Shown: positions 8,850 through 16,354 of the stretch, one piece after another
Layout of the letters: each line of letters begins with the position of its first letter
Position numbering within the stretch: position 1 is the first letter of the stretch
Assembly (NCBI RefSeq): GCF_001598795.1
Contig: NZ_BCZP01000009.1
Coordinates: forward strand, 90,001-122,000
Source of the DNA: Delftia acidovorans NBRC 14950
Lineage (GTDB): Bacteria; Pseudomonadota; Gammaproteobacteria; Burkholderiales; Burkholderiaceae_C
Direction of reading: 5' to 3'
Length of the DNA: 32,000 nucleotides
Program-made: the position numbers and the translations under genes
Notes under the pieces: model-generated
Told to the model about the DNA's origin: nothing
Seen by the model: the letters and a program-made list of their open reading frames with translations, nothing else
Databases searched by the model: none

Positions 8850-9415
8850 TGGCCCGCCTGCAAGCCCATGCCTGGCAGCTGCTGGCTTTGCTGCTGGCGG
8901 CCCTGCTGGCCTGGCAGGCCCTGGCCCGCCTTGGCGCCGAGCGCGATGCCGCGCAGGCACGCACCAATCTGGCGGCTGATCGAGAAGCCGCGGCCCTGGC
9001 TGCCCTGCAGGCAGCCGAGCGATACCGAAAACTTGAGGAGCAACACCGTGATGACCTGCGCAACATCGACACCCAGGCCAAGCAGGATCTGGCGCGTTAT
9101 GCAGCTGACGCTGATGCTGCCCGCGCTGCTGCTGGCCGGCTGCGCGGCGACCTCGCCGATTACATCGCCACCCACCGTGCCGCCGCCGAGGCTCGCGCCG
9201 CTGCCGGACAGTGCGCGCCAGACACCGGCGCCCTCGATCTGCTCGCCGAGCTGCAGCGCCGCGCTGACGAGCGAGCGGGAGAGTTGGCGCGCATTGCTGA
9301 CGACGCCCGAGGCCGGGGCAGCGCCTGCGAGCGCGCCTACGATGCCGGTAGCGCGATGATCGAGGCGGCGCGCCAGGTCGGCGCTACTGTCAATCCTCCG
9401 GGCAGCGCTCCATAG
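8846..9415 (+). CDS. i-spanin (Rz-like, DUF2514-type lysis protein)
   Basis: It has an N-terminal TMD (WQLLALLLAALLAWQAL) followed by a long Ala/Arg/Glu-rich coiled coil. The C-terminal ...LLAELQRRADERAGELARIADDARGRGSACERAYDA resembles DUF2514 spanins. It contains an embedded lipoprotein ORF in the +1 frame. Confidence 0.75.
   Translation: MMARLQAHAWQLLALLLAALLAWQALARLGAERDAAQARTNLAADREAAALAALQAAERYRKLEEQHRDDLRNIDTQAKQDLARYAADADAARAAAGRLRGDLADYIATHRAAAEARAAAGQCAPDTGALDLLAELQRRADERAGELARIADDARGRGSACERAYDAGSAMIEAARQVGATVNPPGSAP
9099..9359 (+). CDS. o-spanin (Rz1-like), embedded in the i-spanin gene
   Basis: This is the internal ATG of listed ORF 8868..9359. MQLTLMLPALLLAGC carries lipobox LAGC, followed by a Pro-rich mature region (SPPTVPPPRLAPLPDSARQTPAPS). 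It lies wholly inside 8846..9415 in another frame, which is the lambda Rz/Rz1 architecture. Confidence 0.7.
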   Translation: MQLTLMLPALLLAGCAATSPITSPPTVPPPRLAPLPDSARQTPAPSICSPSCSAALTSERESWRALLTTPEAGAAPASAPTMPVAR

Positions 9416-9599
9416 CCCAGTCCAGCGCCTCGGCGGCAGTGGTGTGCGGCCCGTCGAAGGCCCTGATGCCGCGCTCGTCATCCCAGAGGGCGCCGGTCCA
9501 ACGACGGGCAGCAGGGAAGGGCAGGCGTCCGTAGTCCACGACGCAGGCGTACCAGCCCGGCGCCGTTGGCTGGCCACCCCAGATCAGGCTGTCAGCCAT
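9390..9599 (-). CDS. small hypothetical protein (69 aa), second gene of a two-gene minus-strand pair
   Basis: This uses the internal Met (MADSLIWGGQPTAPGWY...) of listed ORF 9390..9731. That start overlaps the stop of the upstream small gene by 8 nt. The 3' end overlaps the convergent i-spanin 3' end. Confidence 0.4.
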   Translation of the reverse strand: MADSLIWGGQPTAPGWYACVVDYGRLPFPAARRWTGALWDDERGIRAFDGPHTTAAEALDWAMERCPED

Positions 9600-9801
9600 G
9601 GCGCGTCGGAAGGATCTGCACCGGCCCGAGGCCGCTGTACACCAGGGCTCCGCCCGGCCCACGCACTTCAAACCATCCAGGCTGCGCCTCCACGATCCGG
9701 TAGGCCTCTGGTGGTGCTGGAAGCGGCTCAATCTCAGGCACGCCGAACCATTCCGGCATGCGAAGCAGGGCGAATTTCGGGGATGGCTGCGGGGTGATCA
9801 T
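9592..9801 (-). CDS. small hypothetical protein (69 aa), first gene of a two-gene minus-strand pair
   Basis: The Met at 9801 (MITPQPSPKF...) is preceded on the minus strand by GGAGG (cacGGAGGtccagATG). A sigma70-like promoter with an embedded LexA box lies upstream. Confidence 0.45.
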   Translation of the reverse strand: MITPQPSPKFALLRMPEWFGVPEIEPLPAPPEAYRIVEAQPGWFEVRGPGGALVYSGLGPVQILPTRHG

Positions 9802-9834
9802 CTGGACCTCCGTGAGATCGGGTTTGCATAATAA

Positions 9835-9850
9835 CTGTACATCCATACAG
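9835..9850. promoter_or_regulatory. LexA (SOS) box in a divergent promoter region
   Basis: aaCTGTacatccatACAGtg is a perfect CTGT-N8-ACAG. On the minus strand it fills the 17-nt spacer between TTTTCA (-35-like) and TATTAT (-10-like), upstream of the 9801 gene. On the plus strand it lies 10 nt upstream of the ATG at 9861. Confidence 0.7.
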
Positions 9851-9860
9851 TGAAAATGTC

Positions 9861-10361
9861 ATGCCCCACGATCAATCAGGGTTGCCCGACCTGCCGGGAC
9901 GGTACAAGCGCGACGGCTGTTCGCCGGGCAGCGTGCGCGAGCGCGAGGGGCATTTGGTCGCAGGCTGGCCGGTGACGATGCTCCGCCTCCGCTTTTGCGG
10001 CGTCTACATGCCGATCCACAAGCTCCACAAGGTGCACAGAGTGACCGGCCTGCTGCTGACGACAAACGAATGTGGCGACGACAGGGTGGACATCATCGAT
10101 CCGGGCGGATCAGGCAATGAACTCACGCGAGGCATGATCCACGTGGAGATGCTGAAGGCCCGTCCTGATGGCTCGATGCTGCTGCAGGGGCAAGAGTGGG
10201 ATGAGGGCGATCTGAGACAGTGGCCGCAGACGTGGCTGTGCTGCCCTGACCGCGCTGGCATAGATCCGGCGCTTCAGCTTATGCAGAGCTGGCTCAATCG
10301 GCAGTACGCTGCGGCCAAGGCGGCGATCGAGCGGCCTGGAAAGAGGTGGCCCTATGTGTAA
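9861..10361 (+). CDS. hypothetical protein (166 aa) translationally coupled to the SRAP gene
   Basis: The ORF starts 10 nt after the LexA box and its 3' end overlaps the SRAP start by 8 nt. No recognisable domain. The true start could be an internal Met (MLRLRF... or MPIHKL...). Confidence 0.45.
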   Translation: MPHDQSGLPDLPGRYKRDGCSPGSVREREGHLVAGWPVTMLRLRFCGVYMPIHKLHKVHRVTGLLLTTNECGDDRVDIIDPGGSGNELTRGMIHVEMLKARPDGSMLLQGQEWDEGDLRQWPQTWLCCPDRAGIDPALQLMQSWLNRQYAAAKAAIERPGKRWPYV

Positions 10362-11016
10362 TAGATACCAGTCCCCACGCGAGACCGAGATTGAGCGCAT
10401 GTGGCACGTTGGCCGGCACAACCCCGGGCGCTGGTGGGACGAAGATGTTTTCCCGCGCGGCACCGGCGCGTTCGTGCGCCGCGCCCAGGACGACACGGGC
10501 TACAGCCGAGAGCTTGTCGCCGGAACCTGGGGCCTGATTCCCTGGTTTGCGAAAGAGCCGCGCTTGAAATTTCCTACGAACAACGCGCGCAGTGAAGAAC
10601 TGAGCCAGAAGGCCAGCTACAAGCACCCGTGGGCCAGGAGTCAGCGCTGCATCATCCCCGCGACGACGTTCGATGAACCCAACTGGGAGACAGGGAAGAA
10701 TGTGTGGTGGCGGTTCGCGCGCGCCGACGGCGACCCGTGGGGCCTGGCGGGCTTGTGGAATGTGTGGACCGACCCTGCCACGGGGCAGATCCATGAAAGC
10801 TACACGATGCTCACGATCAACGCGGATGCGCACCCGCTGATGAGCCGCATGCACAAGCCGGACCCGAAGCTGCCAGCGGATCGGCAGGACAAGCGCAGTG
10901 TGATCCCCATCGAACTTGCCGACGTGGACCAGTGGCTTGCGGGCACCTTGGCCGAGGCCTCGCAGCTGCTGCGCGTGGCACCTGTCGAAGTGTTCCAGGC
11001 CGGCCCAGTCGCCTGA
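10354..11016 (+). CDS. SOS-response-associated peptidase (SRAP; YedK/HMCES family, DUF159)
   Basis: The N-terminal MCNRY has the invariant Cys2. The length (220 aa) and motifs fit the SRAP family (GLIPWFAKEP...FPTNNARSEE, CIIPATTFDEPNWE, ESYTMLTINA). Confidence 0.8.
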   Translation: MCNRYQSPRETEIERMWHVGRHNPGRWWDEDVFPRGTGAFVRRAQDDTGYSRELVAGTWGLIPWFAKEPRLKFPTNNARSEELSQKASYKHPWARSQRCIIPATTFDEPNWETGKNVWWRFARADGDPWGLAGLWNVWTDPATGQIHESYTMLTINADAHPLMSRMHKPDPKLPADRQDKRSVIPIELADVDQWLAGTLAEASQLLRVAPVEVFQAGPVA

Positions 11017-11030
11017 ACCCAAACGAAAAA

Positions 11031-11076
11031 AAGCCCCCTCGGCAGCCATCACGGCGTCGAGGGGGCTTTTGTCGTT
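11031..11076. terminator. bidirectional rho-independent terminator shared by the SRAP gene and gloA
   Basis: aaaaaaAGCCCCCTCGgcagccatcacggcgtCGAGGGGGCTtttgtcgttt. It has a GC-rich 10-11 bp stem, an A-run on the left and a T-run on the right. Confidence 0.8.
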
Positions 11077-11531
11077 TAAGCGCTGCGCAATGGATCTGTA
11101 TTCTCTCCATTGGCTTCTGATTGGCGGCTGTCTTTGTAAGTCCTTGATTTTTCTTGTATGAGTTCGATCTTGTAGCCGTCCGGATCCGTCACAAAGGCAA
11201 TCACCGTGGTGCCGCCCTTGACGGGGCCTGCCTCGCGCGTCACGTTGCCGCCGGACGCCTTGATCTTCTCGCAGGCGGCATACGCGTCCGGTACGCCAAT
11301 GGCGATGTGACCATAGGCCGAGCCCATCTCATAGGCCTCGGTGCCCCAGTTGTAGGTCAGCTCGATCTCGGCTTGGGCCGGGTTGCCGCCCTCGAAGCCC
11401 AGGAAGGCCAGGGAGTATTTGTACTCAGGGTTCTCGGAAGTTCGCAGCAGCTGCATGCCAAGAACCTGTGTGTAGAAATCGATGGAGCGCTGGAAGTTGC
11501 CAACGCGCAGCATGGTGTGGAGGATTCGCAT
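11076..11531 (-). CDS. gloA: lactoylglutathione lyase (glyoxalase I)
   Basis: [46 protein letters not shown]...[34 protein letters not shown] is near-colinear with E. coli GloA. The start is taken at the MRILH Met rather than the listed upstream Met. It has an unusual ~24-aa C-terminal tail. Confidence 0.9.
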   Translation of the reverse strand: MRILHTMLRVGNFQRSIDFYTQVLGMQLLRTSENPEYKYSLAFLGFEGGNPAQAEIELTYNWGTEAYEMGSAYGHIAIGVPDAYAACEKIKASGGNVTREAGPVKGGTTVIAFVTDPDGYKIELIQEKSRTYKDSRQSEANGENTDPLRSA

Positions 11532-11746
11532 CCCTCGATTGTGCCGGGATTCCGCCATCTCTTCAGCCGCCCGCCAAGCGCCGCAGTGATCTCATCGCGC
11601 ACAAGTCTGGCGCCTTCCCGCAGATCGGGCACGTCAGGGCCTGACGGCATCTGGCCCGAATCCATTCAACCATTGGTTCAACTGTCTGTTGAATTCTAGG
11701 AGTGGGACCTAGGACTGGTACCCGATTTTTCGGCAATAAATCTTGC

Positions 11747-11792
11747 AAATCAGACAAATCTTAGATTTTTGGATTGAAAAATCAGACAAATC
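11747..11792 (+). promoter_or_regulatory. direct repeat AAATCAGACAAATC x2 upstream of the first response-regulator gene
   Basis: An identical 14-mer occurs at 11747-11760 and 11779-11792 (32-nt, about three helical turns, start-to-start). It lies in the AT-rich leader ~75-120 nt upstream of the ATG at 11865. It is a candidate regulator binding site. Confidence 0.4.
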
Positions 11793-11864
11793 CAATTAAA
11801 TCCTAGTAGCCGGCTGCCTAGAATAGGAATGTTCTTCGTGCGAATTATTTTAATTTTTTGAGTC

Positions 11865-12521
11865 ATGAAAAATTTCGTCTTGCGGATACTAATTGCCGAT
11901 GACCATCCGGCAGTTCTGGCAGGCATAGAAAGTGTTTTGGAGGACAAGCATGAAATAGAGATTGTAGGTCGAGCGAAAAACTCCACGGAAATCATAAGCT
12001 TTCTGAAGAAAAACGAATGTGATGTTCTGGTAACTGATTATTCCATGCCCGGTGGAACCTACGGTGATGGTCTGGTGATGCTGAATGTCATTCGGAAAAG
12101 ATTTCCAAGTGTCAAGATCGTCATGCTGACAATGATCGAGAATATTGGAATCATCAAATCTCTTACCAACCAAGGAATCTACAGAATTGTCCATAAAACG
12201 GATTCCTTGGGAAGTCTGCTGCCCGCCATCTACGCTGCATACACGGATGGTCAATTCATATCTCCCAGTGCAAGCAAGCTGCTGGGAGGAGAATGGCTGG
12301 GTGCGGTGCGGACATCGATAGAACTCTCAAAACGGGAAGAAGAGGTTCTGCTTCTTTTCATCTCTGGCATGACGGTGTCCGAGATAGCAAAAAAACTCTA
12401 TCGCAGTATCAAGACGGTCAGCACGCACAAGGTGGCTGTCATGAACAAGCTGGGTATACGCAAGGACATTGATCTCATTCGCTATGGGATTGAGATGGGC
12501 TGGATTGACGTAAGGAAATAG
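11865..12521 (+). CDS. RcsB-like response regulator (REC + LuxR/FixJ-type HTH)
   Basis: Receiver features are ILIADDHP and DVLVTDYSMPGGTYGDGLVMLNVIRKRFP, with the phospho-acceptor at D58. The DxSMPGxxYGDG...FP signature matches RcsB. The C-terminal LSKREEEVLLLFISGMTVSEIAKKLYRSIKTVSTHKVAVMNKLG is a LuxR-type HTH. Confidence 0.85.
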   Translation: MKNFVLRILIADDHPAVLAGIESVLEDKHEIEIVGRAKNSTEIISFLKKNECDVLVTDYSMPGGTYGDGLVMLNVIRKRFPSVKIVMLTMIENIGIIKSLTNQGIYRIVHKTDSLGSLLPAIYAAYTDGQFISPSASKLLGGEWLGAVRTSIELSKREEEVLLLFISGMTVSEIAKKLYRSIKTVSTHKVAVMNKLGIRKDIDLIRYGIEMGWIDVRK

Positions 12522-12635
12522 GGAAAGAAATGCATCGTCATTGCCGCAGACGATCCGACCAAGTTACATGCCATCCGCAGCTTTCTTGCAAAGATTTCTT
12601 TTATTACATGAGGAGATCCACAGCCTGATCGATGG

Positions 12636-15584
12636 TTGTATCTTGATGCCCAGATGGAAATATATAAAAAAGAGGCTGGAGAAAAGGAAGAGCTCCACCT
12701 TCTGACCAAATACAACAAGACACTGCTTTTTGGCGGTGGCCTGGTTTTCTCTCTTCTTATCATTGTTTTGGCAATGCTTGCGGCCCTGTTCGAGCTCAAT
12801 GATTTCATGGAGGAAAGAAGAGCAGTATTCCAGAGCAAGAGAACCCGGGTTCTGGTAGAGATAGAAACAAAGCAAGTCATTATGATGCGAGGAATCATTG
12901 CATCAGAGTTGCTTTGGGGGCAGACGCACACATCTCATCCCGGCGTCTTTGCCGGGGCAGATGCTGTGATGGCAGGGGTGAGTCCTGTAGTATTGCTTGA
13001 GAATAAGATCAACAAGAATGTACACAAGCACTACAGAGATATGTTGGGAGAGCTGGCATATTTGGCAAATTCCAGCTTTCTTCAAAATGGAAGAGCAATA
13101 TCTGCCTATGTCTTCAGTCCGGACAGATCGTTCATAGGCGTCCTTGTACCGCAGGTACCAAACGGGCATGAGCGAAAAGACATGCTCTTGAAACTCAGGG
13201 AACAGATTTCGACTTTGCCTGAGGATAACGGCACCATCATTCCGTCCGTCCAGCTGCGTCATCCCATATGGCTGCCTCCGAGTAAAAGCATTCTGACTGG
13301 GGAGATGTCATTTCAGATTGTTGTTTCGGCTTTCCAAGATGGAAAGCCATTTCTCACGGTGGTGAGCGACATGCCGACTCAATATATCGAGAGCCTTATG
13401 CAGCAGGGTGAAGGCAGGAACTCCTTATTTATTATTGATTCTCAAGGCAACGTTGCGTTGGGTGGGGAGGGGATCGGCGATGCAATAGGGGATTTTTTTG
13501 ATATCGAGGCGTCGAAATTTCACGGAGGACTGATAAGTAGATATATTTTGAGCAAGTATGGCGCCGTCTATAGGAATGGATATTTTTATTACTATTCGAG
13601 GATATCAAATACGAACATGATACTTCTCCAGGTTTTTTCCTGGAAAGATGCTGTGTATTTAAATGGGAAGTCCCTTGTATATTTGCTGTTTTCATTGATA
13701 TTCATCATTTTTTTCTGGTGTTTTTTGATATATTTTTATGATAGGGTTTTTATTCCAATATATGGGAAAGCCAAAAATGTTTTTGACACGGAACATCTAA
13801 GCCGCACCATCATTGCCATGGCGCCTTATGGACTTGGTCTTCTTGATTTCAAGGAAAAGAAGATGCTGTTGGAAAACAGCATGATGTACAAGTACAAAGA
13901 AAGCATGGTGTTGGATGATAAGTCTGCTGGTGAGCGGTTGATTGAATATTTTCTCAGATTCTACGGTGAGAAATATCTGAGTGGAAAAAAGACTGAATAT
14001 TTGCCGGTAGTCAGCGAAGTCGTGGTCTCTTACAACGGAACGGTTGCAGAGCTTTCAGTGATCATGGTGAAGGCCAAATATCAGGGGAGGCATGTCCTGC
14101 TGTGTGGATTTGCCGATATCACTGTACACAAGCAGGTGCAAAGAAATCTGGAAGATGCCAAAAAGGCGGCAGAAGAGGCAAACCAGGAAAAATCTTCTTT
14201 TCTTGCTGCCATGAGCCACGAGATACGCACGCCACTGAATGCAATATTGGGAAATCTGGAAATACTGGGAAGAAGCTCCATGTCAGAAGAGCAGCAAACC
14301 AGGCTCACCACCATATCATCTTCATCCCATTCTCTTTTGACGCTGCTGAATGATGTTCTCGACTTCTCGAAGATCGAGTCTGGTCAGATGAGTGTGGAAT
14401 TTGCCAGCTTTGATCTCAAGTCTGTGATTCAGCAGGTGGCTGCCATTTACAAACCGCTGGCTGCGGAATTAGGTATAGGATTTTCCTTGATCATTGACCA
14501 TTCGCTGAGGGAGGGATATATAGGAGATGGCGAGAGAATAAAGCAAATCCTCAACAATCTTCTCAGCAACTCCTTGAAATTCACCAAGGCTGGCAAGATT
14601 GACGTATTTGCATCAGACAGGGCCGGTGAGCTCAAGATCAAAGTGTCAGATACCGGGATAGGCATTCATCCCTCACAGCACCCCTTCATCTTTGACGCAT
14701 TCAAGCAGGCAGGCTCGGATATAGCGGCGGAATTTGGTGGTACGGGGCTGGGCCTGACGCTGTGTCAGCGTATGGCACATCTCATGGGCGGGGAAATCCG
14801 GTTCTTCAGCGTGCCGGGAAAGGGCAGCATTTTCGAATTGACCTTGCCCGCATGCCACGCCCAGCCTGTTCCTGCTTGCTTGGGTTGGGACCATGGCGAT
14901 GTCATGCTTGCAAACGATGAAAGCGCAGGTTATGGCGCAAGGATTCTCATCGTCGATGATCACCCGGTCAATAGGCTGCTGCTTCTGGATCAGCTGAAAA
15001 TCCTCGGCTTCGAGGCGGAATCTGCAGAAGGCGGGGAATCCGCTTTGCGAATGATGTCGCGGAATATCTATGATCTGGTTCTTACGGACCTGCAAATGCC
15101 CGGAATGAGCGGTTATGTACTTGCTCAGCGCATCAAGCAGAATTATCCGGCAATTCCTGTGGGAGCAATAACGGCACATGCAGGCAAGCAGGAAAAATTC
15201 AAATGTGCAAAATTTGGCATCGCAGATATTCTTGTCAAGCCGGCCTCCTTGAAAAACCTCAAGGAATTCATTGGAAAAAATATAGGAAAGTCTGGCAAGG
15301 GTGTCGCTGAAGCTGCGGAAGTTCCGGGCAGCAGATTGCCTTATCGTGATGTATTGATTTCAGCAACCGAAAACTCATTGGCTGCGTTGAGAAAGCATTT
15401 GCTGCAAGGTGATCTGATGGCTGTGCACCGTGAAATTCATGCCATGAAAGGGTCATTTGCGGTGGCTGGGCTGAAGGATAGAGTGGAAGATATGGACCGA
15501 TTGTCATCTCTTGTCAATATGCGGCACTTCCGTGCAGTGGATGATGCCCTGACTGACCTGCTGGAGAACCTGAGAGATATCTGA
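12636..15584 (+). CDS. RcsC-like unorthodox hybrid sensor histidine kinase (2 TM, periplasmic sensor, HisKA, HATPase_c, REC, C-terminal HPt)
   Basis: TM1 is LLFGGGLVFSLLIIVLAMLAALF, followed by a ~300-aa periplasmic domain and TM2 LVYLLFSLIFIIFFWCFLIYF. The post-TM2 YDRVFIPIYG...EHLSRTIIAMAPYGLGLLD resembles the RcsC juxtamembrane region. The H-box is AAMSHEIRTPLNAILG (His ~528) and the G-box is GGTGLGLTLCQRMAHLMGG. The REC is ILIVDDHPVNR...DLVLTDLQMPGMSGY (Asp ~818). The HPt is HREIHAMKGSFAVAGL (His ~935). The listed start is TTG 12636; ATG 12654 is an alternative. Confidence 0.85.
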   Translation: MYLDAQMEIYKKEAGEKEELHLLTKYNKTLLFGGGLVFSLLIIVLAMLAALFELNDFMEERRAVFQSKRTRVLVEIETKQVIMMRGIIASELLWGQTHTSHPGVFAGADAVMAGVSPVVLLENKINKNVHKHYRDMLGELAYLANSSFLQNGRAISAYVFSPDRSFIGVLVPQVPNGHERKDMLLKLREQISTLPEDNGTIIPSVQLRHPIWLPPSKSILTGEMSFQIVVSAFQDGKPFLTVVSDMPTQYIESLMQQGEGRNSLFIIDSQGNVALGGEGIGDAIGDFFDIEASKFHGGLISRYILSKYGAVYRNGYFYYYSRISNTNMILLQVFSWKDAVYLNGKSLVYLLFSLIFIIFFWCFLIYFYDRVFIPIYGKAKNVFDTEHLSRTIIAMAPYGLGLLDFKEKKMLLENSMMYKYKESMVLDDKSAGERLIEYFLRFYGEKYLSGKKTEYLPVVSEVVVSYNGTVAELSVIMVKAKYQGRHVLLCGFADITVHKQVQRNLEDAKKAAEEANQEKSSFLAAMSHEIRTPLNAILGNLEILGRSSMSEEQQTRLTTISSSSHSLLTLLNDVLDFSKIESGQMSVEFASFDLKSVIQQVAAIYKPLAAELGIGFSLIIDHSLREGYIGDGERIKQILNNLLSNSLKFTKAGKIDVFASDRAGELKIKVSDTGIGIHPSQHPFIFDAFKQAGSDIAAEFGGTGLGLTLCQRMAHLMGGEIRFFSVPGKGSIFELTLPACHAQPVPACLGWDHGDVMLANDESAGYGARILIVDDHPVNRLLLLDQLKILGFEAESAEGGESALRMMSRNIYDLVLTDLQMPGMSGYVLAQRIKQNYPAIPVGAITAHAGKQEKFKCAKFGIADILVKPASLKNLKEFIGKNIGKSGKGVAEAAEVPGSRLPYRDVLISATENSLAALRKHLLQGDLMAVHREIHAMKGSFAVAGLKDRVEDMDRLSSLVNMRHFRAVDDALTDLLENLRDI

Positions 15585-15647
15585 TGAGCCGTGGTGCAAT
15601 GATGCTGCACTGAACGATTGTGTTTATTCCGTTGATGGTGCCAAATC

Positions 15648-16343
15648 ATGTTTTCCAATACAAATCACAGAAAAGATTTGAATATATCCGTACTGCTGGC
15701 CGATGATCATCCTGGAATCATCTCAGGCATCCGGCATGAGTTGTCTTCCGAGCTGGAAATCCTGTTGAAAGCCAGTGTTTCAAATTCAACCGATCTGGTG
15801 AAAAAGTTGGATGAGGGTGGCTTTGACGTGCTTGTTTCGGATTACTCCATGCCTACGGGTCAATACGGAGATGGCTTGAATCTGTTTGGCTATATATCCA
15901 GAAGATTTCCGAACCTGGGTTTGGTGGTCCTGACCATGCTGGACAATTCGGCCATTCTCCAGGCACTGGGCAAGGTGTCGAACATCAGCATCGTGAGCAA
16001 GGCGGACCCGGTGCTGCATCTGGTTCCAGCCATTCATGCTGCCTATACAGGAGGGACATACTTCTCTCCAGCCATTTCCGAGCGACTGGAAAAAATGAAT
16101 GCGGGTGTCATGGGCGGCGAAGGAAAATCACCGGGGGTGCTCAGTCCCAAGGAATCGGAGGTGGTAAGGCTTTATGCGGCCGGTTTGCGTATCGACGAGA
16201 TCGCGGCCAAGCTGAACAGAAGCAAGAAAACCATCAGCACCCAGAAAGTCAAGGCCATGCACAAGCTTGGAATTGAACGAGACATTGATCTGATGAAGTA
16301 TGCCCTTGAGTGCGGATGGGTGACCTCATCGAGATCTCAATGA
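15648..16343 (+). CDS. second RcsB-like response regulator (REC + LuxR/FixJ-type HTH)
   Basis: Receiver features are VLLADDHP and DVLVSDYSMPTGQYGDGLNLFGYISRRFP (D65). The C-terminal LSPKESEVVRLYAAGLRIDEIAAKLNRSKKTISTQKVKAMHKLG closely parallels RcsB (LSPKESEVLRLFAEGFLVTEIAKKLNRSIKTISSQKKSAMMKLG). Confidence 0.85.
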   Translation: MFSNTNHRKDLNISVLLADDHPGIISGIRHELSSELEILLKASVSNSTDLVKKLDEGGFDVLVSDYSMPTGQYGDGLNLFGYISRRFPNLGLVVLTMLDNSAILQALGKVSNISIVSKADPVLHLVPAIHAAYTGGTYFSPAISERLEKMNAGVMGGEGKSPGVLSPKESEVVRLYAAGLRIDEIAAKLNRSKKTISTQKVKAMHKLGIERDIDLMKYALECGWVTSSRSQ

Positions 16344-16354
16344 TGACCGGTTCT

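Larger units (their letters stand above)
1..11076 (+). mobile_element. prophage right arm (tail/host-recognition genes, lysis cassette, terminal moron region); right boundary tentative, left end outside window
   Basis: There is an unbroken series of plus-strand genes with ATGA/overlapping stop-start junctions (613-616, 3714-3718, 5113-5116, 7430-7433, 7987-7990, 8592-8595, 8846-8849). It ends in a recognisable holin/endolysin/spanin set. No integrase or att core is visible, so the limits are inferred. Confidence 0.6.

Noticed and set aside
11563-11757. 64-aa minus-strand ORF upstream of gloA containing CPICGK. It was considered as a zinc-ribbon or YacG-like small protein.
   Set aside because: It has only one CxxC pair, no RBS, and crosses the GC transition. 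It is more likely the gloA promoter/leader region.
12482-13262. Minus-strand ORFs inside the AT-rich kinase gene: 12482..12931, 12564..12875, 12903..13262, 14673..15179 and others.
   Set aside because: They are antisense to a kinase ORF with unmistakable HisKA/HATPase/REC/HPt motifs. They have no motifs of their own.
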